Origin: an uncultured Acidobacteriota bacterium
GTDB lineage: Bacteria; Acidobacteriota; Terriglobia; Acidiferrales; UBA7541
NCBI GenBank assembly: GCA_963803675.1
Contig: CAWDNN010000002.1
Location: 1,567 to 65,566, forward strand
Length of the DNA stretch: 64,000 bases
Direction of reading: 5' to 3'
Of this stretch, positions 61,857-64,000 are shown in pieces. The notes under the pieces were generated by a model. That model made no database searches. It was not told the origin of the DNA and saw only the letters and a program-made list of their open reading frames with translations. The position numbers and the translations under genes are program-made. Within the stretch, counting starts at the first letter, position 1; the number at the start of each line of letters is the position of its first letter.

Positions 61857-63250
61857 AGCTCGAGTACGGTTTCTTTCTCTGTGAGAAATGCGCCATCAGC
61901 CGGTGCGGGCCGCCAAGTCTTGCCGGCAGCCTCCCCGCGGGGTGCCGGTCGCTTCGCTCGCGACAAGCCATGCGCTACAGCGGTGGAGGCCGCTGCGATG
62001 CTGAAGCCTGCCAGCACGCACAGAATCGGGATCAATCGGATGGCGGTAACGCGCCGAAGTATGCGTTACATAGTAGATCACCGGATAAACCACGGGAAAG
62101 ACCGCAAAAAGCCACGCCTCGCGCCGCTCCCGCCGAAACAGAAGCAACACTCCGACCATGGACAACAGTGAAACCAAGATAGTTTGTGGCGAGCGTGAGT
62201 TGCCCCTGCCAGCCGAGAGAACGCCAGATGTCAGGGATGGGCTCGGAGGTGCCGGTCCAGTTGTCCATAAAGCGGTGCCACAGGAACCTCATCTCATCGC
62301 GCGGATGGGACACGATGAACTGCACCGCTTCATGCTGTTTGGCTTGCATGTAGGCAATTTCGCCCATCTGAACAAATTTTTGACGTTCGGGGAGATAGCC
62401 ATCAGGATGCAGCCATCGAGCCAGCGTATCGGTGACTTGTGAATTGTTTCCGAGCCAGAGTTCCAGTCCGAAGTTTGACCGCATCGGGATCAGCTTGTGG
62501 AACGTCAGGTAATTCCGCGCAGTCCACGGGACACAGCCCATCGTGATGAGCAGGGCCGCCACTGCCGGCAATTTCAGCCACTGCCGGTTTTCCTTGCGCA
62601 ATTGCAACGCCTGCCAAAGCAGATAAAGGGCAGTACGGAAAGAATCGCGGGGTTCACCATCAGCCCGAAGGCCCAAAGCAAACCATAAGCCGCCCAGTGC
62701 TCGCGTGCGCTTCGATTCGTATACCGCGAGAGTGGCCCAAACGATCAAACCAACCACAAGCGTGGAAAGGCACGTGTCCCAAACCCAGGAAACGGGCATG
62801 ATGATCGCCACAGGAAAGAGCGCCCAGATCCATGCCGCAATCGCTCCAGTTGCCAGCCCGCCCAAGCGCTTGCCAATAAAGAAAGTCGGGCACGCAGGCC
62901 AGCGCGGAGAACAGGCAGTCTATCGTGACAATCACTAAAAATGACGTATACGTATAAATCCCGAAGAGTTTGAACACGCCTGCAAGCAGATAGGGAAACA
63001 CCGGGGTCAGCCACGCGGTCGGTCCGGTATCCACGCCATTGAGCGGCGAGCTGAATCCCTTTCCCAAAGCGATCGAACGCGCGATGTGTCCAGTCTCGTA
63101 GCCGTAGGGAAAGTCAAAGAAAGGTGTCGGTGCGTGGTGCTTTGCCATCCAGACAAATCCCACGCGCATGGCAAACGCCACGACGACGATGAGTGAAAGG
63201 GAAGTCGGGGCCGCTTTCAAAACTGCTTTGATCGGATTGTCTCGCACCAA
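61853..63250 (-). pseudogene. Polytopic membrane protein, ArnT/PMT_2-like (GT-C fold) glycosyltransferase candidate (frameshifted)
   Basis: N-terminal TM, then loop YGYETGHIARSIALGKGFSSP and TAWLTPVFPYLLAGVFKLFGIYTYTSFLVIVTIDCLFSALACVP..GGLATGAIAAWIWALFP, a pattern I associate with GT39/GT83-type enzymes. Continues through ORFs 62032..62865, 61896..62177 and 61853..62035. The assignment rests on motif resemblance only. Confidence 0.4.
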
Positions 63251-63367
63251 GTCCCTCTTAAGTTCTCACATTGCGCGGGCAACGCTGCATTCTTGGGACA
63301 ACTACTTCCGTGCGCGCACACAAAGCGCATTGCGGTCTGTGCAACCCGAATGCCCGCAGACTCTATG

Positions 63368-63418
63368 GTGTCCTAATCACGCGAATAATTCATGAGTTAT
63401 GCCTCAAATGTGTCCTAA
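63368..63418 (+). promoter_or_regulatory. Pair of GTGTCCTAA direct repeats spaced 42 bp (candidate PilR upstream activating sites)
   Basis: GTGTCCTAA at 63368-63376 and 63410-63418. A third TGTCCT lies at 63530-63535 and a TGTCT at 63515-63519. All are upstream of the pilA sigma-54 promoter. Confidence 0.3.
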
Positions 63419-63559
63419 GAGTTGCGGCGCGTGTGCTAGCGAACAATTCCTTGTGTGGTGGTGGCACCGGCCGAAATGATGTCATGTGACAACCAACTTG
63501 AGCCTACGGCCGGATGTCTGCCACGGCCATGTCCTTTAAGACAATTTTCGGCGTTCGTC

Positions 63560-63578
63560 TCTGACACAATTTGTCAGA
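63560..63578. promoter_or_regulatory. Inverted repeat TCTGACA-N5-TGTCAGA upstream of the pilA promoter
   Basis: Perfect 7-bp arms containing TGTC/GACA, centred ~135 bp upstream of the -24/-12 element. That is the distance range typical for enhancer-binding-protein sites. An AT-rich tract (~63640-63665) lies between it and the promoter. Confidence 0.3.
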
Positions 63579-63702
63579 AGACCAAGCCCCGGCTGGATTG
63601 TCCAAGGTCGTCATCCACCGGCGAGCATGTGCAGTTGTCCTTAACCATCTTATTTACAATTAGATACAGGGATGCCAGAAACGGGGGCGGCAGGCCTCGG
63701 AT

Positions 63703-63718
63703 TGGCACATTAGATGCT
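63703..63718 (+). promoter_or_regulatory. Sigma-54 (-24/-12) promoter of pilA
   Basis: TGGCAC-attag-ATGCT: GG and GC are separated by exactly 10 nt, with one mismatch to TTGC. It lies ~50 nt upstream of the pilA ATG. The sigma-54 activator pilR is encoded in the same locus. Confidence 0.55.
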
Positions 63719-63768
63719 CTTAACCTAACCGACTCCCCAACGGGACTCACAACTAGGAGAGACACCGA

Positions 63769-64000
63769 ATGCGCAATAAGCAAAAGGGCTTTTCGCTGAT
63801 CGAGTTGCTCATCGTCGTGGCCATTATTTTGATTATCGCCGCGATCGCGATTCCGAACTTGCTGCGCGCGCGTATTTCCGCCAACGAGGCTTCGGCGGTT
63901 AGCTCGCTGCGCACGATGAACACGGCTTGCATCACTTACGATTCCACCTACGGCGTATTCCCGGCAACGCAGACCGACTGGGCCCGGCCAACGGCGCCAC
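63769..64000 (+). CDS. pilA: Type IVa major pilin PilA (3' end beyond window)
   Basis: AGGAGA SD 8 nt upstream. Prepilin leader MRNKQKG, then FSLIELLIVVAIILIIAAIAIPNLLRARISANEASAVSSLRTM (class III signal with conserved Glu5). Confidence 0.85.
   Translation, partial: MRNKQKGFSLIELLIVVAIILIIAAIAIPNLLRARISANEASAVSSLRTMNTACITYDSTYGVFPATQTDWARPTAP

Noticed and set aside
1-64000. Search for rRNA, tRNA, CRISPR repeats, IS elements, integrases, phage or defence-island genes
   Set aside because: No T-loop-like GTTCGAATC-type signatures in intergenic regions, no regularly spaced repeats, and no transposase, integrase or recombinase-like ORFs were seen. All intergenic gaps are under 520 nt. A covariance-model scan would be needed to exclude small ncRNAs.

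Overview
GC-rich bacterial chromosomal window. The gene content looks like Acidobacteriota: PEGA and carboxypeptidase-regulatory-domain secreted proteins, a fused membrane/spermidine-synthase protein, YncE-type beta-propellers, and an FSLIELLIVVAIILIIAAIAIPNLL-type pilin. This taxonomic call is an inference from reading the proteins, not a search result. I can support about 55 protein genes, and I saw no rRNA, tRNA, CRISPR array, transposase or integrase. Main modules in order: (1) 1-7.7 kb, secreted/hypothetical genes plus a minus-strand protease - LuxR regulator - fused spermidine-synthase-like cluster. (2) 8.1-16.0 kb, an OmpR-type two-component system followed by a tripartite RND efflux operon (outer membrane factor, adaptor, permease). 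A TTAAG-N6-TTAAG direct repeat sits in front of both transcription units. (3) 16.2-24.2 kb, a poorly characterised set of secreted or membrane proteins: two tandem YncE-like propellers, a class-A beta-lactamase-family hydrolase, a Pro-rich/Gly-zipper protein, an XRE regulator, a geranylgeranyl-reductase-family flavoprotein and a hydrolase-membrane fusion. (4) 24.3-49.8 kb, housekeeping genes: rfaE2, mfd, a SurA-like PPIase, yhaM-like, an orphan BlaI-like repressor, dusB, rsmI, galU, tsaD, carD, tsaB, rimI, psd, pssA, lptE, holA, rpsT, phoH, ybeY, corC-like and era. (5) 49.9-54.3 kb, an endonuclease-III-like - NtrY-like - NtrX-like operon. (6) 54.4-64.0 kb, a type IVa pilus locus pilB-pilT-pilC-pilS-pilR-(GT-C-like membrane protein, opposite strand)-pilA, with a sigma-54 promoter and upstream repeats in front of pilA. 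Major caveat: roughly half of the genes are broken by small indels that occur in blocks, and the broken genes include normally essential ones (rpsT, holA, lptE). Protein similarity continues straight across each break, so I read these as consensus or assembly errors rather than biology. I annotate those genes as full-length frameshifted loci. I did not find a clearly novel multi-gene system. The most interesting items are regulatory (the TTAAG boxes, two sigma-54 promoters, the pilA upstream architecture) together with the unusual gene neighbourhoods listed in the findings.
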